Source: Nitrosopumilus sp. (GTDB taxonomy: Archaea; Thermoproteota; Nitrososphaeria; Nitrososphaerales; Nitrosopumilaceae). Taken from it: 64,000 nucleotides of DNA. Location: assembly GCA_965224195.1 (NCBI GenBank), contig OZ245040.1, forward strand, positions 512,001-576,000, given 5' to 3'. The notes under the pieces were generated by a model. It saw only the letters and a program-made list of their open reading frames with translations. It had not been told where the DNA came from and did no database searches. The translations under genes were made by a program, and so were the position numbers. Numbering within the stretch: the first letter of the stretch is position 1; every line of letters starts with the position of its first letter. Below, piece after piece: positions 10,775-20,800 of the stretch.

Positions 10775-10848
10775 TGGGCCCGATCGGATTTGAACCGACG
10801 ATCGATGGTTTTGGAGACCATCGCCCTACCAGGCTAGGCTACGAACCC
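10775..10848 (-). tRNA. tRNA-Trp(CCA), no intron
   Basis: GGGTTCG TA GCCTAGCCTGGTAGGGC GATGGT CTCCAAA ACCATC..GTCGGTTCAAATCCGAT CGGGCCC A folds as a cloverleaf with anticodon CCA. Confidence 0.95.
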
Positions 10849-10897
10849 ACAAGAACCGAAATATTTTGCTTGAATTTTAACTATTACTAAGATTTAT

Positions 10898-11458
10898 TTG
10901 CAAATTGGCAGTATTTGCAGTAAAATGGTAAAACCAATTTACATTGTATTAGGTGCAATTCCAGTTATTGCTGCTCTTTTACTTTCAACTCCGCTATTAC
11001 TAAAAAATGAAATTCCTACGTCAGCTGCTAATTACACCGATAATGTTGAAATTGAATACACTAAACATCAGCTAAAAAAAATCTCTTATGGCGTAACTGA
11101 ACGTGTTGGGGCACAAAAAACTGAAATCCTTTACATCAAAAATAATGGTGACATAAAATATTCAGTAACTGAACAAGGATATCTAAGACCTGATGTTAGC
11201 TCAAAACTAGATGAAGACAAACTAAATAAAATTAAAGCACTCATTAAAGAAACTGGTTTTATTTCCATTCCTTCTGAGTCTTTTGAGATAATGGAAAATG
11301 CAACTGAATACCAAAAATCAAATGTCAAAGTTACACTAAACGGTCGTGTAAATCAGATTCATTGGCCACAACAAAATGTAACTGAAGATTTTATTCCGCC
11401 AATAATTACTATGGTTGAATCTGAATTGGATTTGATTATGTCTGAATTTAGTGAATAG
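10898..11458 (+). CDS. Membrane-anchored or secreted hypothetical protein
   Basis: Hydrophobic N-terminus (IYIVLGAIPVIAALLLS); true start probably ATG 10925. Confidence 0.7.
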   Translation: MQIGSICSKMVKPIYIVLGAIPVIAALLLSTPLLLKNEIPTSAANYTDNVEIEYTKHQLKKISYGVTERVGAQKTEILYIKNNGDIKYSVTEQGYLRPDVSSKLDEDKLNKIKALIKETGFISIPSESFEIMENATEYQKSNVKVTLNGRVNQIHWPQQNVTEDFIPPIITMVESELDLIMSEFSE

Positions 11459-11488
11459 ATACAAATAGTCTTTAGGAAAAATTAACGC

Positions 11489-12457
11489 ATGCTTCCCTTA
11501 TCTGGTGAACGACTTGATGCTAAAGGAATAGTTTCAGACAAGATAAATTCTATTGATACTTTACGTGGTTCCTCCACTGTTAAACGTGGGTTTGCTCACA
11601 TGCTCAAAAATGGAGTTGTAATGGATGTTACAACTGTTGAACAAGCTCAAATTGCTGAAGAGGCAGGAGCAGTATCTGTTATGGTATTAGATAAACTTCC
11701 ATCTGAAGTTAGGAAAGCTGGTGGTGTTGCACGAACTGCAAGCATTAGAATTATTGAAGAAATTATGGACTCTGTAACAATTCCTGTAATGGCTAAATGT
11801 AGAATTGGTCATGTCAATGAAGCACTAGTTTTACAAGAAACTGATGTAGATATGATTGATGAATCTGAAGTTTTGACACCTGCAGATGAACTTCGTCATA
11901 TCTGGAAATGGGACTTTACTACTCCAGTAGTTAATGGTGCAAGATCTTTGGCAGAAGCATTAAGGAGAATTGAAGAGGGTGCATCCATGATTAGAACAAA
12001 AGGAGAACCTGGAACCGGAAATGTTGCAGAAGCTATCAAACATATTAAAAAAGTAAATGATGAACTGAGAACCATCAAATCAATTTATGATTCTGGGGAT
12101 AATCAAGAATTAGTTAGAATGGCAAGAGAATTCAAAGTATCTTATGATATTGTTGAACAAACTGCAAAACTTGGAAGGTTACCTGTTGTTAATTTTGCTG
12201 CAGGTGGAATCGCAACACCTGCTGATGCCGCATATTTGATGTCTTTAGGCTGTGATGGTATCTTTGTTGGTTCTGGAATTTTTAATTCTGATGATGCAAA
12301 AGAAAGAGCAAGAGCCATAGTTTTAGCTACTACTTTTTGGAATGAATCAAACAAAGTCAAAGAAGCACAAAAAATGATTGATGAAAGACAATCTATGATA
12401 GGATTAGATGTGAACACTTTAGAATTACGTATGCAAGATCGTGGTGGCTCAGCATGA
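11489..12457 (+). CDS. pdxS: Pyridoxal 5'-phosphate synthase lyase subunit
   Basis: [52 protein letters not shown]. Confidence 0.97.
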   Translation: MLPLSGERLDAKGIVSDKINSIDTLRGSSTVKRGFAHMLKNGVVMDVTTVEQAQIAEEAGAVSVMVLDKLPSEVRKAGGVARTASIRIIEEIMDSVTIPVMAKCRIGHVNEALVLQETDVDMIDESEVLTPADELRHIWKWDFTTPVVNGARSLAEALRRIEEGASMIRTKGEPGTGNVAEAIKHIKKVNDELRTIKSIYDSGDNQELVRMAREFKVSYDIVEQTAKLGRLPVVNFAAGGIATPADAAYLMSLGCDGIFVGSGIFNSDDAKERARAIVLATTFWNESNKVKEAQKMIDERQSMIGLDVNTLELRMQDRGGSA

Positions 12458-13071
12458 GTCTTACTGTTGGTGTATTATCCATTCAAGGGGATGTTCAAGA
12501 AAATATGTTGTCAGCTAAATCTGCAATTGATGAATTAGGACTAGATGGGAATGTTGTTGATGTAAGAACCCCTGAAGAAATCTTTCAGTTAGATGGTTTA
12601 ATTATTCCTGGTGGAGAAAGCACTACAATTGGCCAATTATCTCTAGTAAACGGTTCTCTAAATGTACTAAAAGAAAAAATTCAGAGTGGCATGCCTGTTC
12701 TTGGAATTTGTGCAGGAATGATTATGTTATCAAACACTGCAAATGATAAAATAGTTGGTAAAACTGATCAGCTGCTTTTAGATATTTTGGATATTAAATT
12801 GGAGAGAAATTCATTTGGAAGACAAAAAGAATCTTTTGAATCTGACATTTCCATGGATTCTATTAACATTCCAAAATTTAATGGAGTATTCATCAGAGCA
12901 CCATCTGTATCTGATGTAGGATCTGGTGTAGAAGTTTTATCCAAATTCAATGAACGAATAGTTGCAGTCAAAAAAGGAAATGTGATCGGCACTGCTTTTC
13001 ATCCTGAATTAACTGAAGATACCGCATTGCACAAATATTTCATTAATCTTGTGAACACATCAAAAAATTAA
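12454..13071 (+). CDS. pdxT: Pyridoxal 5'-phosphate synthase glutaminase subunit
   Basis: [37 protein letters not shown]; ATGA-coupled to pdxS. Confidence 0.97.
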   Translation: MSLTVGVLSIQGDVQENMLSAKSAIDELGLDGNVVDVRTPEEIFQLDGLIIPGGESTTIGQLSLVNGSLNVLKEKIQSGMPVLGICAGMIMLSNTANDKIVGKTDQLLLDILDIKLERNSFGRQKESFESDISMDSINIPKFNGVFIRAPSVSDVGSGVEVLSKFNERIVAVKKGNVIGTAFHPELTEDTALHKYFINLVNTSKN

Positions 13072-13131
13072 TCCATAATAAGATGAATGCTGAGCAATTC
13101 TTTTTAACTATAGTTTAGTCCAGCTTTTAAA

Positions 13132-14002
13132 ATGAACAAAAATTTTATTTTCTTTGCTATTTTAGCCTCAATTTTGATCGATAGTTCTTTTGGACTATTT
13201 TCAATTGAAAATTCGTTTGCAGATGATGATAATCTATCTGTAAGCAGAAAAGACTCTAAAAGCATATCAAAAACAATTGGACAAGTTAGAAAAAGAAAGA
13301 GAAAAAGCTGAGGAACGAAAACAAAAACTAGAAGAAAAACAAGAGAAACAAAAACAAAAAGCTGAGGAACGAAAACAAAAACTAGAAGAAAAGAAAGAAA
13401 AATTAGATTTAGATAGAAAAAAACTTGAAGAAAAATTATCCAAGAAAATTAACAAGTATGAAGAAAAATTAAAAGAAATTAAAGCAAAATATCAAAATAA
13501 AATTGAATCTGGTTTTACAGGAGATGTTGAAAAATTTTCTGCTAAAACTGCAAAACTAGAAGATAAAATTGCTAAAAAAAAATCTGATGAAATTCGTAAA
13601 AAATTATTAGAAAAACAAGAAAAATTAGATTCTAGAACTCAAAAAATCCTTGATAAAATTAGCAATGATGATTACTTAGGTGATAAAATTCCCTCTTCAA
13701 ATTCATTTGAAACATACGAATTAACATTTGATTCAGTAACTATTACTGGAATTCATGATAAAACTCAATTATCTACACTTGGAGGTTTTATGATTTTTAA
13801 TACATTTGACAAAGGTAAATCTAATCTAAAATTGGAATTAGAAGAATGTAGTATTACAGTAGATGGTATACCTTTCAACTGTGGATTTGGAAAAGCTAGA
13901 ACAACTTCATCAGGTGATTCTGGCTCAAAATATTCTTTGGTGGTCCCTAGCATTTTTAGATGTTTAACTGATCCCAAAACTAACCATTTAGACAGCATTT
14001 GA
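13132..14002 (+). pseudogene. Secreted Lys/Glu-rich coiled-coil protein, frameshifted and probably 3'-truncated
   Basis: Signal peptide MNKNFIFFAILASIL..SFADDD from 13132 is out of frame with the 13277-14002 ORF; tail changes character after about 13940. Confidence 0.6.
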
Positions 14003-14104
14003 TGATCATCTGGATCTATGAATAATGACATTCCAAACCAAGTTATGCAATTCTAGGAAATAACAAATAGGCAGTGGAGCATGATGAAACCTCATCCTCC
14101 AAAC

Positions 14105-14252
14105 CCTGCAAGCCTATTACAATTTCACTAAAAAACATGGTGCATTAAAGGGCAAGATACCAGCAGAACAAGCCATGATACAAGTCGATGGTAAGAACAA
14201 ATGGATTACATTCATTCAAAATGCTAGTCTTTACAAGGAAAATTCAATTTAG
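14105..14252 (+). mobile_element. C-terminal remnant of a DDE (IS6/integrase-like) transposase
   Basis: LQAYYNFTKKHGALKGKIPAEQAMIQVDGKNKWITFIQNASL matches the YN..R.H..L.G.TPAE end of DDE integrases. Confidence 0.6.
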
Positions 14253-14341
14253 AGAAAATTCATATTTTGTGTCTAGCTGACGATAACCCGACAGAACCTA
14301 CAGTAGCTAGTCTTAAATAATGAATTTAGGGCTAATTTGTC

Positions 14342-14467
14342 GTGGATGAGGAAATCAGACAAATCAGAATGGCCGAAAACAAAGACCAATTCCTAAAAGA
14401 AACTTTAGAAATAATCAACGAAGACTCGGATCTTTATGAGGCCTTTGCTAAAGAAAAATTTGATTGA
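14342..14467 (+). CDS. Small acidic peptide, possible Doc antitoxin
   Basis: 41 aa ending ..LEIINEDSDLYEAFAKEKFD; convergent with and abutting the Doc gene. Confidence 0.35.
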   Translation: MDEEIRQIRMAENKDQFLKETLEIINEDSDLYEAFAKEKFD

Positions 14468-14887
14468 TTATTTTTCAATGACCTTTTTCATCAAGTATTT
14501 TTCAATGTCGGGGTAAATCGAAAGATCCCCCTCTGGTTTGTATGCTGTTTTTTCCAACAATTGAAAGTATTCTTGTTTTTCTTGTTTGTTTGCAAATTTT
14601 AGATTGAATCCATTTTTTTATAAAAAGTATTTGGTAACTGCTGAAGCTGTTGCCTTGTTTCCGTTTTTGAATGGTTGGCCCCATACAATACCAGATAGTA
14701 ATGTGGCAGCTTTTTTTATGATTCTGGTTCTCGGATCAGGAATAGAAGTAAATTCATTTACATTTCTAAAGGTTTCATAAAATATTTCAGTATCATCTAA
14801 ACCAAACGGTTCGTTTCTATGAGTGGTAATGTGCTTGTTTAATTCTACAATATTTTCAATTACATCACCCGTAAAGATATCGGGCAT
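14468..14887 (-). pseudogene. Fic/Doc family toxin with internal stop
   Basis: GQPFKNGNKATA Doc-like motif; in-frame TAA at 14618-14620, frame continues KNGFNLKF..EKYLMKKVIEK* to 14468. Confidence 0.7.
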
Positions 14888-15018
14888 ACAAAAACTTGTG
14901 ATTAATTAGTTTTATGTGTTGTTGGATTTTCACCATTTTTGATATTTGTATTGCTGGATAACCATACTAAAAATGTAATTTGTAAACTTCATCTCGCCGT
15001 TTTCCTTGTTCTTCTTTT

Positions 15019-15530
15019 TGTTCTGTCAAACAAATAATTTCTAACTAATGATCAATATTATTTCACAAGAATAGCTTTGGATCTCATATTCTGATTATTT
15101 TCATGGTTAACTGGAGTCAATACAATGAAAAACTAGTCAGAAGAGGTGAAGATCATCATGTCATTTGATGTCATTGAGAACTGGCATAAAGAACTGGAGG
15201 TCATGAATCACAACAAAAGAGGTAGAAAGTCCAGGCTATCCTGATTCATTCATGAAATTATTGGGTTATGCGAGAATCTATTTTGGATTACCATTCAGAC
15301 AAACAGAAAGGAATGATTCGTGCATATTGTAATAGAATTCCAGCAGTTCCGGATTTTACACCAGTCCACAAGAGAATAAACAAGCTTGACATCAAAATTG
15401 ATAATTCCATTGGAGATAACAACGAAATCATTTTAGCAATTGACAGTACAGGAATCAAGGTTGCAAACAGAGGCGAATGGATGCGACAGAAATGGCACAT
15501 GAGGAGAGGGATTCTTGAAAATTCATGTTT
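15019..15530 (+). mobile_element. Truncated, frameshifted IS5-family (ISH1-like) element
   Basis: Near-identical to 61130-61630 (ATGGTTAACTGG.., IDSTGIKVANRGEW); 3' half absent. Confidence 0.85.
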
Positions 15531-15940
15531 GGGAATTTGTAAATGTATCAGAAGATGATATTGAGATCGTATTTGATAATGATGGGGAAAAAATCTTAAT
15601 TGTAACAGAGCAATTTAATGTACCATCTGGACAATCTGAAATATTTACAAAACAGATCAAACCTACACAATTAGGAATTAGTTATTTTAAAGTTATAATT
15701 CCATATGTTTCAGATTCTCAATTTAGTTTAGTTATTGATGAGGATAAAACTATTCCAACTGAACAATACTGGGAAGAGAATCCAAGTGAAGCCCCTTGGA
15801 ATAACGAACCAGAGCCTATACCTTGTACTAACCAATGGTGTGAGCCAGAACCTCAATTGCCTGGAACAACCAACTCTACTAGTACAACAAGAGATGTTAC
15901 AAAAGAAGACTTGGATGATTCTATCAAAAGTACAACTTAG
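15530..15940 (+). pseudogene. Fragment of a probable secreted protein joined to the IS remnant
   Basis: Ig-like strands followed by a Pro/Thr-rich linker; N-terminus replaced by IS sequence. Confidence 0.4.
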
Positions 15941-15980
15941 AAAATATAGTTTAATATAACCATGTTCTAGAATTTACATT

Positions 15981-16118
15981 ATGCAAGAAATAATCAATCG
16001 CGAAGACAAGATGCGAAATATCTTTGAAACCGCACAAAAGATGAAAAATGGTACAATAAAACCAGCTAAAATCTACAATAGTATTGATGAGTTTGCAAAA
16101 AAATTAAAAAACGAGTGA
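15981..16118 (+). CDS. Small putative antitoxin
   Basis: 45 aa MQEIINRED..KIYNSIDEFAKKLKNE resembles RelB/DinJ-type C-terminal peptides; 7 bp upstream of a RelE-like ORF. Confidence 0.45.
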   Translation: MQEIINREDKMRNIFETAQKMKNGTIKPAKIYNSIDEFAKKLKNE

Positions 16119-16125
16119 TTCCAAA

Positions 16126-16395
16126 ATGTGGAAAATCATTGTCGCAAATGAATCAGATGATGATTTCCTAAATGATTTAAACAACACAACACTTGAAGAA
16201 ATTATAACACATTTCAAGGAAGTAATTAATGTATTTTCAAATCTGCATTCCTCAGTTTATTGTACCAGTGGAATTTTCCCAGTTGAGTCATATGATGCAA
16301 CAAATGAAAAACTTTCCATACGTTATCATGTAGATAATGATGAAGAAGCAATGCGTATCATTACTGTAGATTTTACAGCCACCTTAATTGGATAA
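16126..16395 (+). CDS. Possible RelE/ParE-fold protein
   Basis: 89 aa, MWKII.. start and ..IRYHVDNDEEAMRIITV end fit RelE topology. Confidence 0.4.
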   Translation: MWKIIVANESDDDFLNDLNNTTLEEIITHFKEVINVFSNLHSSVYCTSGIFPVESYDATNEKLSIRYHVDNDEEAMRIITVDFTATLIG

Positions 16396-16530
16396 AACTT
16401 TAAACCTAAAAACATATCATCTAAAACTATGACAAAACAATGGACGGCAAACCAAATAAATTATGCAAACTCGGTTATTGATAATTTTTTGGCAGGTAAA
16501 ATAAAAACAACACCAAATAAGTGAATGTGA

Positions 16531-17013
16531 TTACGATCTGTTTTGTATATGTGATATCGTCATAGATTCTTTATGAAATGATTGTGAATATCTGATATGA
16601 AAACCTTGAACGTTTTGTGACCATATGCGTATTCTTTCTTCTTCATCAGATGTAGCATCATAGAAATCACTGATCAACCAGTCAAGTAATTTTCCAATAT
16701 ATTTTAATTCAGAATTTTTATAATACCATGGTTGGGATTCTGCCAATTTATCTGCCAATAATTTTAATCTTAAACTATTATCTTTAAAATAAGATGCTAA
16801 AGATAATTCAATCTCATAAATCTCTTCTTCATTATCTTTGTCACAATCTGTTAATATCCTCTTAAGATCCATGCAAAGTATTTTTGCTTCACTAATCATT
16901 ACATCTCTCTCTTTTTTGATATTATAGAACTTGAACATTAATTGAAGTGTAGATATAGCAATCATACACACAATTGCAATAACAGATAATGATAATTGCT
17001 CTTCTGCACTCAT
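16531..17013 (-). CDS. Hypothetical protein with N-terminal TM helix
   Basis: 160-aa ORF. Confidence 0.6.
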   Translation of the reverse strand: MSAEEQLSLSVIAIVCMIAISTLQLMFKFYNIKKERDVMISEAKILCMDLKRILTDCDKDNEEEIYEIELSLASYFKDNSLRLKLLADKLAESQPWYYKNSELKYIGKLLDWLISDFYDATSDEEERIRIWSQNVQGFHIRYSQSFHKESMTISHIQNRS

Positions 17014-17053
17014 GATTAATATTAGAATTTACTAAGTAAAAACTTTATCATCA

Positions 17054-17596
17054 TCACATACACCAAGATAAGTAATTTTTAATCAAACTAATCCATTGCT
17101 CAAAAGTTAATGCACGTGAACTATAAAGACGTCCTGCATGATTCACTTTGAATTTTGTTATAATATCATCGTCATTTATTTTATTAATCTTAAACACTGG
17201 TTCAAAATAAGAGCATTTTTTCATCATTTTTGGATATTCTTTATCATCTGTTGCACATTCATCCTCACCTACAATAAAATCATTAAATTCTCTTTTTCTA
17301 TATCTCTCAGAAAAACGGAATCTTGGTTGATATATTTTATTGACCTTCTTTTTTAGAAGTTTGTTTGTAAATTCTTGAATTTCTTTTTTACTCAAATACT
17401 TTGGTTCAAATACATATTTTTGAGGATGTAGTAAATCTACAAGATATTTTAACAATGTATTTCTATTAGTCATTCCAGTAATTATTAAAAATCCTTTTTT
17501 ACTAAAACACACATTATGATGTAAACTTAGAACTTCTGACTCTGTCTCTCTTTGTGCATCAAACTGACATGGAATGCACAAGATGGTGTTACTCAA
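17054..17596 (-). CDS. Hypothetical protein
   Basis: 180-aa ORF with N-terminal CxxC. Confidence 0.6.
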   Translation of the reverse strand: MSNTILCIPCQFDAQRETESEVLSLHHNVCFSKKGFLIITGMTNRNTLLKYLVDLLHPQKYVFEPKYLSKKEIQEFTNKLLKKKVNKIYQPRFRFSERYRKREFNDFIVGEDECATDDKEYPKMMKKCSYFEPVFKINKINDDDIITKFKVNHAGRLYSSRALTFEQWISLIKNYLSWCM

Positions 17597-17851
17597 TACA
17601 TCATAAAGAGTGCTTGTCTATCTACTACAAATGATGATGGTGGTAAAACAAAGGGCAAAATAGCACTAGATGGTGATTGTACAATCACATACCTTTGATG
17701 TGGCTGATGACAAACTTTGCAAGGTTAGTATCCGTGCATTAGATGCTTTTGATTGCATTAGATAATGGCCCACCTGTATCAATGGTTGTTATGCAACTCC
17801 ACTGAGCATAAAATAACATTAATTAGTCGGGGGGGGGGGCAGAATAAATTA

Positions 17852-20800
17852 GTGAGACTCGTTTTAATGCTAACCATTTTTGCAGTATCTGTCATGTCAT
17901 TGCATGGCGTTGCAGTGGCAGATGATAATCATGTCCAAAATATTTCCGTAGAGCGCAGCAGCGCCAATGTCACCATTGCAGTCTTGAGCTGGGACACACA
18001 AGAGGACATAGAGTGGTACAACATAAAGTACAAGTGCAGCGGCGATGAGAAAGAAAACTTGAGGGTGCCAGGCAACCAGTCCTCATACACATTTGATGTA
18101 TATGCTGACCAATCATGCAAAATTAACATCAGATCAATTAGTGATAGTGGCGAGAAATCAGACAATGTTAAGATAATCTTGGCAAGTGGAGAACCAACAG
18201 GTGAGATAGTAGAGAGTGTCAAGAACTTCAACAATCGTAGTAATAATGTACCTGCTGACAGTACCCTGCCAACATTAGAGTCAGCCGCACTAAATGAGGA
18301 GACCGGAGTTTTGGCAATAACTTTTGATGAGATAATTGCAAACGAGGGCTTTGACTTGTCTACTGCTGACTATACAGACAGATCTTTCTCAGTATCTAAC
18401 AGAGACACGTCTCCGTCAGGTGTAGCATTCAACCCAGACGGAACAAAGATGTTTGTTGTGGGTACCAGCAGTGGTGCCATCCATGAGTACACGCTGTCTT
18501 CTCCCTTTGACATGTCTAACCCCTCCTTTGTACGTCTTTTCTCAGTATCTTCAAACTACCCGCTTCCAACAGATGTGGCATTTAGCACAGACGGAACAAA
18601 GATGTTTGTTGTAGATTTTCAAAGTGAGAATGTTTACGAGTACACATTATCTTCTCCCTTTAACTTATCTGACCCCACCTTTATACGGGACTTTTCAGTA
18701 TCTTCACAGGACACATCTCCGTCAGGTGTGGCATTCAACTCAGACGGAACAAAGATGTTTGTTGTAGGTACTGACAATGGGAATATCAACGAGTACACGC
18801 TGTCTTCCCCATTTAACATATCTAACTCCTCTTTTGTACGCCTTTTCTCAGTATCTTCACAGGAAAGGTCTCCACAAGATGTAACATTCAACCCATCTGG
18901 AACAAAGATGTTTGTTATAGGTAATAGTAATGGTAATGTCAATGAGTACGCATTAACTGCCCCATTTAACATATCTGATCCCTCCCATACAGGCACTTTC
19001 GACGTATCTTCACAGGACACATCTCCAACAGGTGTAGCATTTAACCCTGCTGGAACAAAGATGTTTGCTGTAGGTATTGGCAGTGACAGTGTCCACGAGT
19101 ACACATTAACCACTCCAGTTGATCTATCCCTACTATTCATCAGTGAGTCAGGAAATACCAATGATATTTCACTGACTGGTGCCAGAATTACAACTGTCGG
19201 CAACAGCACCTCCATAGAAATCAAGCTGGCTGAATCTCAAAGACAGTCAGTCATTGCATTGACTACCCCAGAACTGGACATATTATCTGCTGCAGTATCT
19301 GATGTTTCAGGCAATCAAATAGGTGCATCACCAAACAATGCCATTGCAGTAACTAACAGTGTAGTGCCGCCGCCATCACTTGATGCGCCAACTAACCTTT
19401 CAGTCAATGTCATAAACGGCACAGCCGCTGAAATCACTTGGACTGCACCTACAATACCTGCCAATTCATTTTATGATATTAATTCCGTATCCTATCTCGT
19501 GAATGTCACTGATGTTGCTGCTAGCACCACCGTACTGTATACCATATCTGACGGCACCACTACCACACATACGGCAACAGGCCTGATACTTGACAAATCT
19601 TATCAGGTAACCGTAGAGGCAAAAGCCTTGTTGTCAGATTTAACCGCTATATCCTCCCAACCTACCGCAGCTGTATCCTTTGATATGCCGACACCTCCGT
19701 CACCTGATGCGCCAACTAACCTTTTAGTCAATGTCATAAACGGCACAGCCGCTGAAATCACTTGGACTGCACCTACAGTGGATGCCAATGAGTATTATAC
19801 CATTGATGATGTGGCTTATCAAGTGACTGTCATTAGTTCTGACGGTTCTGAACTCGGCGACACTGTAGATGACACCTCATATATGGTAACAGGCCTGACA
19901 CCGGGTGAGTCATACAATGTACATGTAGTTGCATATGCTGCCGTTGGATCAAAATATACTGTGGAATCATCTCCGGTATCTGCCTCCTTTAATATGCTTG
20001 CAGTAGTAAATGATGGTGCAGGCACACCGCCATCACCATCTGCTGATAATACCCCGCCAACATTAGAGTCAGCAACACTAGATGAGGGAACCGGAGTTCT
20101 GGCAATAACTTTTGATGAGATAATAGCAAACGAGGGCTTTGACGTATCCACTGCCGCCTATACAGACAACTCTTTCTCAGTATCTAACAAGGACCCGGAA
20201 CCAGAAAGCGTAACATTCAATCCTACTGGAACAAAGATGTTTGTTGTAGATTTTCAAAGTGAAAAGATCTACGAGTACACATTATCTTCTCCCTTTGACG
20301 TATCTATTGCCTCCTATACACGCAATTTCTCAGTAGGTTCACAGGACACGCATCCAAAAGATGTAACATTCAACCCTACTGGAACAAAGATGTTTGTTGC
20401 AGGTTATCAAAATGAAAAGATCTACGAGTATACATTAACTACTCCCTTTAACTTATCCACTGCCTCCTATACACACAATTTCTCAATATCTTCACAGGAC
20501 ACGGATCCAACAGGTGTAGCATTCAACCCTACTGGAACAAAGATGTTTGTTTTAGGTTATCAAAGTACGAATGTCTACGAGTACGAATTATCTTCTCCCT
20601 TTGACATATCCTCCTCCTCCTATACACACCATTTCTCAGTAGGTTCACAGGACACGCATCCAAAAGATGTAACATTCAACCCTACTGGAACAAAGATGTT
20701 TGTTGTAGATTCTCAAAGTGAGAAGATCTACGAGTACGAATTATCTTCTCCCTTTGACGTATCCTCCTCCGACTATAAACGCAATTTCTCAGTATCTGAC

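Noticed and set aside
10775-10848. tRNA-Trp as integration site
   Set aside because: Flanked by core-like genes, and I found no duplicated tRNA fragment in the window
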